In this document: positions 49,544-58,868 of the stretch, one piece after another
Layout of the letters: each line of letters opens with the position of its first letter
How positions within the stretch are numbered: the stretch's first letter is position 1
Assembly: GCA_965204375.1 (NCBI GenBank)
Contig: OZ241986.1
Span: forward strand, 3,616,001 to 3,680,000
Origin: Candidatus Latescibacterota bacterium
GTDB lineage: Bacteria > Latescibacterota > UBA2968
Direction: 5' to 3'
Length of the DNA: 64,000 nucleotides
Position numbers and translations under genes: made by a program
The notes under the pieces: model-generated
Database searches by the model: none
Seen by the model: the letters and a program-made list of their open reading frames with translations, nothing else
What the model was told of the DNA's origin: nothing

Positions 49544-49802
49544 AAGCGATGCCCTGGATCTGAGGGTTGGGGTTTTTGGAACACACGCAACAGTCAGAAT
49601 CCAAAGCAAATATCAGGCCAATGTCACAGCATCGCACGGCAAATTGTATGGATTATCCTGATTATGTTTTCAATATGCTGTATTGTGCCTTTGTTCACAA
49701 CCTGAATTTAAATCCGCAGATGGACGCAGATGGGCACAGATGAAAGGCGAGAGGGTACACTTTGTGCCATGAATGGGCGGTCATGTGAAAGATATGTACG
49801 GC

Positions 49803-51080
49803 CTACTGTATCACTTTCATTGGTTTGTTTTGCAGATGATTTAGTATTTTTTTTACGCTACATTTGGGATCGGTCACATTAAAGGGAAAACAAGACAAAG
49901 ACAATTCATCATCAAATTTGTAGCGCAATATTTCCCGAAACTGCTCAGTCTTCGGATAGACAAGCGCGACCTGCTTGCAGCGATACTTTTTCCCATAAGC
50001 AAACAACTGGTACATATCGGCCTGGCTGATGCCGTGTTTTGGGTCACTGCCTTCTCCGTTAATACGCTTCCACTTGGTATCCAAGATAAATTCTGGCTCC
50101 CTGCCAGACATCAGGCTGATATCCGGTTTCATTGCAAATGCGCGATAGCCCTGGCCATCCGTAACCAAATACTTTCGCGGCCCTTGTTCGCGTACGAAAA
50201 ATTGCCGCTGATATCGGCGAAAACATGCCGCAACGAAATCCTCAAACACTTCCCACATCGGAAACAACAGCGTCTGATTGACATATTTGCCAGCAAACGT
50301 AGTCAGGCCGTGATTAAAAAGAAACAGCCCAACCCACTGCATCACCTCATCGTAATGCTGAATCGAACGATCTACCTGATGCCGATCCCAATCGCTTTTG
50401 GGGTGTTCCGACTGCGGAATATCGGAAAAGCTGATACGCAACTGATGGAGCAACTGCTGATTTCTCGGTTGTCGCACAGAACCCATCAGTTTGTGAATAG
50501 TGCTGTGAATCAGACGATTGGCCGGACGGTTGGCACTGAACTCGTCATAGCCGACGTAAAACCGCGCACGATTAGCTACATTTTCACGAATATGCTGCGG
50601 AAAAAGAATTCGCCCGCGTAGATAAGGCTGGTTGTCTTCCTGCGATTGATAGTGACGGGCGAGACCGCGTTGTGTCAGTAAAACGAGATTGTTCAGAAAC
50701 AGGTGGACAAACACCTCCAGCATATTGAAACGCCTCACAGCGTTGATGTGACTCGCGTTAAACTGCGCCAACGATTTGAACCCGCGCCAATCCCGCAGCA
50801 TAGTAAAAAAAATCCGTTTGGTTTTCTCTGTGTCTTCGCCTTCGGAAAAATCTACCTTCGGCAAAATTTCGAGCACGGTCCCTTTGTGCGTTTCAATAAT
50901 ACCGACATAATTTTGCGCGTATAGCCGACTGTTTTTCCACTCCAAAACAGGTCGGTAGTTGCCCTCCACATCTGTTCCATTTTCAAGAGCAAAATCCTTC
51001 AGGTCCCGCAATTCGTCTTGGCTAAGACCCTTTAGTTCTTCATGTTCCCTGATGGCGAGAGGTTCTTTGATAGCGGGCAT
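49803..51080 (-). CDS. mcrC: McrC family restriction endonuclease subunit
   Basis: QNYVGII, ILPK, LFPMWEVFE, MKPDI, ILDTKWK, ADMYQLFAY. Confidence 0.92.
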   Translation of the reverse strand: MPAIKEPLAIREHEELKGLSQDELRDLKDFALENGTDVEGNYRPVLEWKNSRLYAQNYVGIIETHKGTVLEILPKVDFSEGEDTEKTKRIFFTMLRDWRGFKSLAQFNASHINAVRRFNMLEVFVHLFLNNLVLLTQRGLARHYQSQEDNQPYLRGRILFPQHIRENVANRARFYVGYDEFSANRPANRLIHSTIHKLMGSVRQPRNQQLLHQLRISFSDIPQSEHPKSDWDRHQVDRSIQHYDEVMQWVGLFLFNHGLTTFAGKYVNQTLLFPMWEVFEDFVAACFRRYQRQFFVREQGPRKYLVTDGQGYRAFAMKPDISLMSGREPEFILDTKWKRINGEGSDPKHGISQADMYQLFAYGKKYRCKQVALVYPKTEQFREILRYKFDDELSLSCFPFNVTDPKCSVKKILNHLQNKPMKVIQ

Positions 51081-51091
51081 AATCAGGCGTC

Positions 51092-53398
51092 CTATTCGGT
51101 CTCACCTTGTTCTTTGTAGATCGCTTGGTAACTTTCCGGTTTTTTCCATTCCCCTCTATCAAAGGACAGTAACTCATAGACTTCACGGTTGTCATCTACC
51201 GGGGATCCACGCAAATCTTCTGGAATATCGATTTCTTCAATAAAACCATTTTTGTTTAATACCAGATCAATCTTCTCCCAGTTATCGTAAAAGTATTCCT
51301 GCAACAACGGAATGATTTTGGTTTTGAAGGCTGCCTCGAGAGAATTCTTGCCCGTAACCCTCTTAACATCCATAAAATACGTGTGCCCAATCTGATGTTC
51401 GCGGTCAAGCAGGAAACGGATGCGTTTATTCATTGTTGCAAGTAATTCTTGGCAGTTCACTCCCTCAATATCCGTACTGATTTTGTGATGCTTTGCATCC
51501 GGCATCATCTCAATAAACTCAAATCGCCGCCGCAGGGCGGTATCCAACAGGGCAATGGAGCGATCAGCCGTATTCATCGTGCCGATGATGTAGAGGTTGT
51601 CCGGTATGCCGAAAGAGTCTTGTGAATAAGGCAGGGTAACGGTTGCTGCATCATTCCCTCCAATCCGCTTAGATGACTCAATTAGCGTGATTAACTCGCC
51701 GAAAATCTTGGCGATATTACCGCGATTGATTTCGTCAATAATCAGGACATAATTCTGCTTCTCTACTGGTATCGATTCTTCCTGCTGCCATTCCTCGTCG
51801 TGAAATTGTTTTATCATTTGGTACAATTGAAAGAGGTATCTGGCTCTTTCATGCTCAGTTTGTTTTGATCTTCTGGTAGGTCTAATGTCTGTTCTCGATT
51901 TAATCTTGCCCTCACAAAAAGCCTCGTAATCTCGCTTGATCACTTTCTCAGCAAGTCTCCCGTACCTATCAAGTTTAAAAGATTGGAATTTATCATCTTT
52001 TGACCAATTTATTTGTTTGATAATGGCACCGCTTCTGTGATCGGGAGGAAAGAGATTGATTTCCTCTCCTGATTCCAGCCTCTCTTCTATTGACTTGGCG
52101 AATGCCTCAAGCAATGCATCCATATCCCATGACTTGTTGTCTGTCTGCTCAGATTGCGTCCTGGTTTCATCGGCTCGATCTGCAATTTCCCTGAAAACAC
52201 CCTCGTGTAGTTTATATTCAATATTCTTGCTCCCTTCATCTTCTTCGCTCCCTTTACCCGCCAAGACAGGCCTGATCCCTTCAATGAAATCCTCATAAGT
52301 AAAGTTCTGATGAAATGTCACCATTGCAATCTGACCGTCCTCCTTTAATTTATCAAATCGCTCCTTTATCTTTTTACGGATTTCTCTTTCAATATCACTT
52401 TGGTCATTCTCAAATTGCTCTTTTATCTCTTTACGAATTTCTTTTTCAAGATCCACTACAGACTTATCCTCGATAATCGCCACAGCGTGATTGACAGTGT
52501 TATAAGTTTTACCCGTACCTGGCGGACCATAAAGAATTTGGTTCAAAGTATCTGCTTTGGGTTGCGGATTGTTCTGATCAGGTTTAGACTCATTTTCGGA
52601 CTTAGAATCTTGCCAAAGCTCCCGAAGAGGAGAGGCGTAAAAGTCCAAATCCCTGATGTCATGTTCTTTTTCTTGTTCACGCCGTATATTGAGAAGTTCC
52701 TGGTCTATTTCCAATGCTGATAGTTTATTGACCTCTGCATTGGTTTTCCCCGTAAATTCTCGGACTATATCCCTTCGCTTTGTTCTAGCAAATATGTGTT
52801 CAAAGTCGTCTGGAAAAAGTAAAAACATGATCATATTGCGGAATTGGCGCCGATCACATTCTGGAATCTGTTCAAGCCACTTGCCAAACTTCCAGCCTTC
52901 GGAGAGAAGCTCGCGGCGTTCTGAGTCAGCGAGACTCTTAAAGGCAATCATCATGTGGATAAAGAACCTCAAATCGTACCATCTGTGCGTGTTACCCTGC
53001 CCAGTGTCGCCTGCCCCAATAAGAACATCTTCTGCTACCCAATCAGAGTCTTCAGGAAAGGGTTCACCTGACCACTCCCAAACAAGCCTAATATTCCCAA
53101 GCTTTTTCGACTTAGTAATATTGTCTGGACATAAGTGCATAAACCACAACATCTCTGCAGCCAGTTGTTTGACCTCAGATTTCGCTGGATCAAGTTGCCT
53201 TTTTAGTTTATCAAAGAAGTCACCATCACCCTCGTCAGGCTGATCAATAAAGTGCTGCTTTAAGTCTTGAAGATACGACAATGTCCACACTGGTTTCTGT
53301 GCAAATACTGCCCCATCTGACAGCAAGTTAACCTCTTTCCAAAGTTGACCGACATCCAGCATCCGTTCGAGACTCCTATGAGCATGATAACGACTCAT
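51092..53398 (-). CDS. mcrB: McrB family AAA+ GTPase subunit
   Basis: GPPGTGKT, TFHQ..YEDF.EG, IIDEINRGN, MNTADRS, ALRRRF. Confidence 0.93.
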   Translation of the reverse strand: MSRYHAHRSLERMLDVGQLWKEVNLLSDGAVFAQKPVWTLSYLQDLKQHFIDQPDEGDGDFFDKLKRQLDPAKSEVKQLAAEMLWFMHLCPDNITKSKKLGNIRLVWEWSGEPFPEDSDWVAEDVLIGAGDTGQGNTHRWYDLRFFIHMMIAFKSLADSERRELLSEGWKFGKWLEQIPECDRRQFRNMIMFLLFPDDFEHIFARTKRRDIVREFTGKTNAEVNKLSALEIDQELLNIRREQEKEHDIRDLDFYASPLRELWQDSKSENESKPDQNNPQPKADTLNQILYGPPGTGKTYNTVNHAVAIIEDKSVVDLEKEIRKEIKEQFENDQSDIEREIRKKIKERFDKLKEDGQIAMVTFHQNFTYEDFIEGIRPVLAGKGSEEDEGSKNIEYKLHEGVFREIADRADETRTQSEQTDNKSWDMDALLEAFAKSIEERLESGEEINLFPPDHRSGAIIKQINWSKDDKFQSFKLDRYGRLAEKVIKRDYEAFCEGKIKSRTDIRPTRRSKQTEHERARYLFQLYQMIKQFHDEEWQQEESIPVEKQNYVLIIDEINRGNIAKIFGELITLIESSKRIGGNDAATVTLPYSQDSFGIPDNLYIIGTMNTADRSIALLDTALRRRFEFIEMMPDAKHHKISTDIEGVNCQELLATMNKRIRFLLDREHQIGHTYFMDVKRVTGKNSLEAAFKTKIIPLLQEYFYDNWEKIDLVLNKNGFIEEIDIPEDLRGSPVDDNREVYELLSFDRGEWKKPESYQAIYKEQGETE

Positions 53399-53440
53399 TT
53401 AATACCTCATTGTGATATAGTGATCAGAAGAAGCGGTAAA

Positions 53441-53580
53441 CTGGATCGCGGCTAAAATCATGCCGCGATGACAGACGGGACGGCACGGGAGCCTGTCCCA
53501 TAGTGCCTTTATACGGGAACCGTCCCTTACAAGACTATAGCCTGCCCCTGCGTGGTTTAAGCAGGGGCCGCGATGACACC
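53441..53580. repeat. cluster of REP-like GC-rich palindromes
   Basis: ATCGCGGC-N9-GCCGCGAT, GGGACGGC...GCCTGTCCC, GCCCCTGC-N9-GCAGGGGC; GCCGCGATGACA occurs twice. Confidence 0.6.
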
Positions 53581-53583
53581 TCT

Positions 53584-54606
53584 CTATTCACCGACCTTCG
53601 CGCCCGCTTCTGTAAGAACGCGAACAACCTCGCGGAGCTTATCCTTGTTCTTAATCGTCGAGCGCAACGCATTCATAAGCGGTGTTTGCCCCTTATCATC
53701 TCGCAAATCGACTTCTGCGCCGTGTTCGAGTAATAGAGAAACAATATCCACAAACCCCGCTCTTGCTGCACAGTGCAACGCAGTCTGGCCCTTGTAATTG
53801 CGCGCATTCACATCTGCACCGCGCGAGATCAAATCCCGGACGCGATCAACATTGCCGCCGCGATCCCCGCGGGCCTGAAAAACAATCGGCGGCCAGCCAT
53901 CCTCTGCGCGATTTGGATCGCAATCCACCCCGTGGCTTGAAAGCAAGGCAATAATATCGGGATTGGTAAGACCAGAACGCGGCAGTTCAGCCGTCACCGG
54001 ATCGAGACCCGCGTTGAGCAACACCTTCAAAATATCTGCCCGATCGCGCCAGATACAGAACCGCACCAGCCAATCGCCACAGAGCCGCGGATCTGCACCC
54101 CACTCAAGCAACAAACAAACAATATCCAGATAACCAGCACCAACCGCGTAGTGCAACACCGTAGCGCGAATATCCGTATCGTGCTGCACCCGCTCCACAG
54201 TGGCGAGACCCGGATCGCGGCGCAGGCACTCGGCAACTGCATCCCCATCGCCCAGATACGCAAACGTATAGATATCGGTACTCGCCCCTCTCGCCCATAA
54301 CACATCGGCAACCGCGTCGTGCTTCTTAAACCGCGCCGCGCAATAAGGCGAAATATCCACCAGCAACGGCGTAAAATGACAGCCCCATGCATGGATGTCT
54401 GCACCCTGGTCGAGCAACCATTCAACCATCGCCAACCGCCCCCGGTACGCCGCTTCCCAGAGCATCGTCCGCCCGTGCGACCCAACGCGCAACAACCAGT
54501 CTGGCCTCTCCGCCAGCACCAACTGCACAGTCTCCAAATCGCCGCGACCAGCAGCCGCAACCCCGATCTTCAAAAAATCACTAACCTTACCCGTAAGCAA
54601 CGACAT
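53584..54606 (-). CDS. ankyrin repeat protein
   Basis: GQTALHCAARAG...LLLEHGAEVD..D.KGQTPL repeats. Confidence 0.92.
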   Translation of the reverse strand: MSLLTGKVSDFLKIGVAAAGRGDLETVQLVLAERPDWLLRVGSHGRTMLWEAAYRGRLAMVEWLLDQGADIHAWGCHFTPLLVDISPYCAARFKKHDAVADVLWARGASTDIYTFAYLGDGDAVAECLRRDPGLATVERVQHDTDIRATVLHYAVGAGYLDIVCLLLEWGADPRLCGDWLVRFCIWRDRADILKVLLNAGLDPVTAELPRSGLTNPDIIALLSSHGVDCDPNRAEDGWPPIVFQARGDRGGNVDRVRDLISRGADVNARNYKGQTALHCAARAGFVDIVSLLLEHGAEVDLRDDKGQTPLMNALRSTIKNKDKLREVVRVLTEAGAKVGE

Positions 54607-55995
54607 CTAAAGCTCCAAAACCGTATCCACATGCGCGCGGTAAATCCACGCCGTATCGTGTGCATCGAGAAAATTTGCGTCAAAACCGCCAAAGTAGAGA
54701 AATTGACCCGCATCCTCTGAAAAAGGCGACAACGCAATCGCGCGGATCGCCACCAGAAACGGATCACCGGGTTTCCATCGTCCATTCACCTCCTTGACCC
54801 GATAGCTCAAATCGGGATATCGGATCAAATAAGCCGCGCCCGGATACCACTCCCCAAAAGTCTGTCCGCCATTCACCTTTGACTGAACGCCCATCATATA
54901 GACGGTCTGTCCCGTCGCAGGATCGGTAACAGGCACCATATCGCTGTACGCCGCAATAATACTTCTGCCTCTAATAGAACGCCGCCATGCCTTATTGAGC
55001 AACGCATCGATCCTCAGCTCAACAGTCGCTGCATAATCCGCCTCTGGATCCATGCGAATAATGCGATTTGTGTGAGAAAACAAAAGAGACGCACCTCCCC
55101 CTGCTGGAGAGGGAATCGCCGTCAAACCGCGGATACCAGCCTGTTCAAAACTATACGGCGTATCATCCGTGTACACCTCTTCCCAAACAGGCGCCTGCCC
55201 ATCCACGCGGCGATAAACCGACGTCCCAATCGAAGCGTACAAAACGCCATTTGCCTCTGCAAAAGACATAGGACGTGCCTCAATCGGCCCAAACTCGGAC
55301 GCCTCATCCCATCGAATCTTCCCCAACTGAGCCGGATCATAAACCCCTGAATAAATCCCCAACTGCCCCGCAGAAACAAAAATGCGATCCACCCCCGTCA
55401 CGCCATCGCGATGAACAAAAAATGCGCGCACCATGCGCCGATATCCCCTGCCGGACTGAAGCGTAGTCCTCACCCACGAACCACTATCATCGTCTCGCGT
55501 AAAAATATTCGACTCACCCATCCCGCGAACGCCCCTGCGCCGGTCAGAACCAGCCAGCAAAAGATGTACTTTCTCGGACAGGGAATTGCCCGAATCATCC
55601 GTCTCAAAAACCACCGACTTCAGCGCAGTAACCCGAAGATGTGACGCCCCCAAACTGTGGTCTATACGCCACGCATCACCCGGTGAATCAATCGCCAGAA
55701 CCTGCGCCCAGGGTATCGCGGTATAAGGATGATCCATCCAATAGCCATTTCCGGCATAAAGCCGACCCTTATGCGCCTCGATATGCACAATCTCCGTACC
55801 CCTCGCAAGCGGATCTGCGGAACCAATGCGACCTGCCAGAAAATTACACATCCAGGATTGCGTATCGCTATTCATCACTCGCCTCTCATTCCTATTCGTC
55901 TGCTGTGCAAGCGCGCCCTGAGGCACAATTCCATCCAACAAAGCCATACCCGCCGCAAAATGCGTTGCACTAACCAAAAATCTGCGGCGATCCAT
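54607..55995 (-). CDS. Tat-exported hypothetical beta-propeller-like protein
   Basis: MDRRRFL twin-arginine signal; beta-rich repeats; start uncertain. Confidence 0.6.
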   Translation of the reverse strand: MDRRRFLVSATHFAAGMALLDGIVPQGALAQQTNRNERRVMNSDTQSWMCNFLAGRIGSADPLARGTEIVHIEAHKGRLYAGNGYWMDHPYTAIPWAQVLAIDSPGDAWRIDHSLGASHLRVTALKSVVFETDDSGNSLSEKVHLLLAGSDRRRGVRGMGESNIFTRDDDSGSWVRTTLQSGRGYRRMVRAFFVHRDGVTGVDRIFVSAGQLGIYSGVYDPAQLGKIRWDEASEFGPIEARPMSFAEANGVLYASIGTSVYRRVDGQAPVWEEVYTDDTPYSFEQAGIRGLTAIPSPAGGGASLLFSHTNRIIRMDPEADYAATVELRIDALLNKAWRRSIRGRSIIAAYSDMVPVTDPATGQTVYMMGVQSKVNGGQTFGEWYPGAAYLIRYPDLSYRVKEVNGRWKPGDPFLVAIRAIALSPFSEDAGQFLYFGGFDANFLDAHDTAWIYRAHVDTVLEL

Positions 55996-56059
55996 GTAAC
56001 CGCGAAGATACGCATCGCCAGATTCTATGTAATGTCTTATTGGCATGCGTGTTATTTTT

Positions 56060-56290
56060 TCAATCGAGACGCAAGCGATAGTGTCTGGGGCCAATTTTTT
56101 CTAATCGACCGTCTTCCAACCACTGCGCCCGACGTTTCAACGCCAACTGAATCAAACCCCGACGTGCCTCCGCATCGCGAGGACGACGACGGGGCAGGCG
56201 CTGGCGTCGCTGCGTGCGTTGCTCGAGTTGATAGCGTCGCGCACGCGGTCGTATCTCTCGAACGTGTTGATCAAAATTTACAGTTCTCAA
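56060..56290 (-). CDS. small basic hypothetical protein
   Basis: 76 aa, overlaps the stop of the upstream nucleotidyltransferase by 4 nt. Confidence 0.45.
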   Translation of the reverse strand: MRTVNFDQHVREIRPRARRYQLEQRTQRRQRLPRRRPRDAEARRGLIQLALKRRAQWLEDGRLEKIGPRHYRLRLD

Positions 56291-56862
56291 CCTCTGTCCT
56301 CCTCTGCCTGGCTTCTAAATGCAATCAATGCCTCTATCACGCCTTCAGCTTGCGCGCGGGTTTTGAGATATGTCCAATCAATATCTTGATAGTATAATGC
56401 CATGAGTTCCTGCGCCCAATTTCCATCATCGGTTGAATCCCAGTGGACATAAGCATCCAGCCGATCAATGATGAGATCTTCCACCCCGATAATATAAACA
56501 GTCAAATCCTCAATCTCGACCTGTGTCACCCTATCTTCAGATCCCGCCAGGACATCATCGGGAATCTCAATCGCAATATCCAGCCCCACATGATGCCAAT
56601 GTCTGCCCGTCTGATCAAACCCCCAGCTTTCCAACAAATTGCCAATTTCAGCTCGCCTTGAACTCACGAGATCGACATCCACAGTGGCATAAGCACCAAG
56701 CGTATAGAACTCCAGGGCATTGCCACCAACAATGACATAAGGCAACTTTTTTGCTTGCGGCAGTGCTGCGGCCACAAGCGCGCAAACATAGAGCCGACGG
56801 CGCAATGGATCGGCAATTGTCTTCGCATAATCGAGTTTTGCACACCATTTTGTTTCTGACAT
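56287..56862 (-). CDS. nucleotidyltransferase-fold protein (DUF6036-like)
   Basis: IVGGNALEFY...ATVDVDLV, EDLIIDRL. Confidence 0.75.
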   Translation of the reverse strand: MSETKWCAKLDYAKTIADPLRRRLYVCALVAAALPQAKKLPYVIVGGNALEFYTLGAYATVDVDLVSSRRAEIGNLLESWGFDQTGRHWHHVGLDIAIEIPDDVLAGSEDRVTQVEIEDLTVYIIGVEDLIIDRLDAYVHWDSTDDGNWAQELMALYYQDIDWTYLKTRAQAEGVIEALIAFRSQAEEDRG

Positions 56863-56883
56863 GTTGTTCTTTCGTCTCTGCGG

Positions 56884-57474
56884 TCACTTCACCGGTATGG
56901 GATTAATAGAAAGGGACAGCGCACGGTCACGCTCACTGTGATAAACAGCCTGAGATAAAAAACCGCGTGCGTACAAATCGGACAAAAGCGCATCGCGTCG
57001 TTTCAGAGCCTCAATCGGATCATTCATCGGAACATCCGCACCCTGCGCGAGATCGCACAGCAGCAAAACCTCGCCAGCCGTGAGCTTTGAATGGTGAATA
57101 TCAAAATGATATAGAGAAGCCCGCTCAATACCGCGCACGGGACCAAACTGCGCGTAATGCAAAAATGCGGCAACGCGCTTCTCCTGTGATGTGTACGCGA
57201 GAAAAAGTGCAAAAACCAAACGGCGAATCGGCTGGTCGGACACGAGGGCTTCGGAAAGGATCCACTCCATATCTGATGCATCCGACCGCGAGTGATAAGC
57301 CGCAATTAAATCGGGTATATCGGCGGCATAATGCGAAGTTGGCGGCACATTGAGAGAGCGGTGAAAATCATCCCGGTAATCCAGAAAAACTACAAAAACG
57401 CAAATCACCAGAGCGATTGCAGCAATTAGGAAAAAAATATATCGCGCCTTGAAAGTCACACATCCTCCACTCAC
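56884..57474 (-). CDS. membrane protein with degenerate peptidoglycan transglycosylase-like domain
   Basis: N-terminal TM; FG..RGIERAS..HF....KLT.GE..LL and P.EALKRRD..L resemble the GT51 C-terminal half. Confidence 0.5.
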   Translation of the reverse strand: MSGGCVTFKARYIFFLIAAIALVICVFVVFLDYRDDFHRSLNVPPTSHYAADIPDLIAAYHSRSDASDMEWILSEALVSDQPIRRLVFALFLAYTSQEKRVAAFLHYAQFGPVRGIERASLYHFDIHHSKLTAGEVLLLCDLAQGADVPMNDPIEALKRRDALLSDLYARGFLSQAVYHSERDRALSLSINPIPVK

Positions 57475-58184
57475 AGGGTATATTCAGTCTGTGTAATATT
57501 CATACCCGAAATCTCGTACACGCGAAAGGGATGGGGTGGCTCTCGAAACGCACGCGCCGTCGCAAAACAAACATGACCTTCCGCCATGAGATCCTCTCCC
57601 TCGTGATAATGCCCACTAAGCACGATCTTGTGGCGCGAATCTGCGAGCAGTGCAGCTTTCAACTCTGCCGCATCGCCATAATTAAATGGATATCCTCCGC
57701 TATGCTCGGGAAATATCATATAGTGTTGCAAATGAATCTGAGGACGCGGATCGCCATCTGACACCACAGATTGAAACCGCGCGCGTTCCGCCCCAACGCG
57801 CTGCGGGACATTGTGATCCCCTTCCTCATCGAAAAAAGTAATCACGCGAAAACCCTGCACATCAAAATCAAAAGGTTGATCACAAAAAACGCGGCGAAAA
57901 GACACGGGATGATCGTGATTGCCAGGCACATACGCAACAGGACAGGAAAGACTATCGAAACATTCGCGCACGAGATGGAGATCTTTTTCCCCCAGTGCAA
58001 TCGTATCGGGATCGTCTAATACATCGAGCGGATAATCGACCAGATCACCCGTCACAGCGACCAAATCGGGAGAATGCGCGGCAATATGACGCGCACCTTC
58101 GGATATAAGATCAGGCCCGCACTTAATATTATCGCCTTCGATATGGTGGCGAAGATGGAAGTCGGAAATATGTGCAATTTTCAT
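57471..58184 (-). CDS. metallophosphoesterase
   Basis: HISDFH, TGDLVD, PGNHD, SGHYH. Confidence 0.92.
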   Translation of the reverse strand: MKIAHISDFHLRHHIEGDNIKCGPDLISEGARHIAAHSPDLVAVTGDLVDYPLDVLDDPDTIALGEKDLHLVRECFDSLSCPVAYVPGNHDHPVSFRRVFCDQPFDFDVQGFRVITFFDEEGDHNVPQRVGAERARFQSVVSDGDPRPQIHLQHYMIFPEHSGGYPFNYGDAAELKAALLADSRHKIVLSGHYHEGEDLMAEGHVCFATARAFREPPHPFRVYEISGMNITQTEYTL

Positions 58185-58363
58185 TGAGTAATCCTCCGTT
58201 ATCAGTTACCAATTCCAAGATACACAGAACGGGGAATGCGGTAAAGGCTTGTTTCAGCTTTTACTTCACACTTCTCACTTCTCACTTTCCCACTGGATTT
58301 GCCCGTCATGTTTGCCTATATTCCCAGCGTTTCCAAAACCCCAAACTTTTTCAGGAGGTCATA

Positions 58364-58801
58364 ATGCTCGATGTTGGCGATATCGCGCCTGATTTTCTGG
58401 TCAAAGACCACACAGGCAGTGAAGTAAAACTCAGTGATTATCGCGGAAAAACCGTCGTACTCTGGTTTTATCCCAGAGCAAGCACCGGCGGCTGAACGGC
58501 TGAAGGTATGGGATTCCAGGAGCGAATCCAGGACTATACAGATAGAAATGTGCAAATTCTGGGCGTCAGCACAGACAGTGTAGAAGCCAATGCCAAATTT
58601 GCAAAAACACAGGAATTTGAATATCCCTTATTGTGCGACACAGAACGCGAAATCTGTCTATCTTACGGGGCTTGTCAATCGGCATCGGACCGCGCTGCCA
58701 AACGCATGACATACCTCATTGCACCCGATGGGACAATCGCACAAATTCATACCAATGTGGATGCGCGAAAACATCCCGAGGCATTGTTGCCCACAATATA
58801 G
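58364..58801 (+). CDS. bcp: peroxiredoxin (BCP/PrxQ-like) selenoprotein with in-frame UGA at the peroxidatic position
   Basis: APDF...VVLWFYPRASTGG-UGA-TAEG continues in frame into ORF 58508-58801 (GVSTD..FPLL-like, R.TYLI..DG.I). Confidence 0.85.
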
Positions 58802-58868
58802 GGATGCATCGACTGGCGGCAGACGGATTGTATCGTCTGCCGTTTTACTTGATGTACACAAATTGTGT

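Noticed and set aside
49711-49745. Short tandem repeats CGCAGATGG x3 (also CACTTCT repeats near 58265 and GACAC repeats near 60866)
   Set aside because: Too short and without spacers; low-complexity intergenic repeats with no assignable function.
58364-58801. Peroxiredoxin pseudogene
   Set aside because: The stop falls exactly at the catalytic Cys and is followed by a SECIS-like hairpin, so Sec recoding is more likely.
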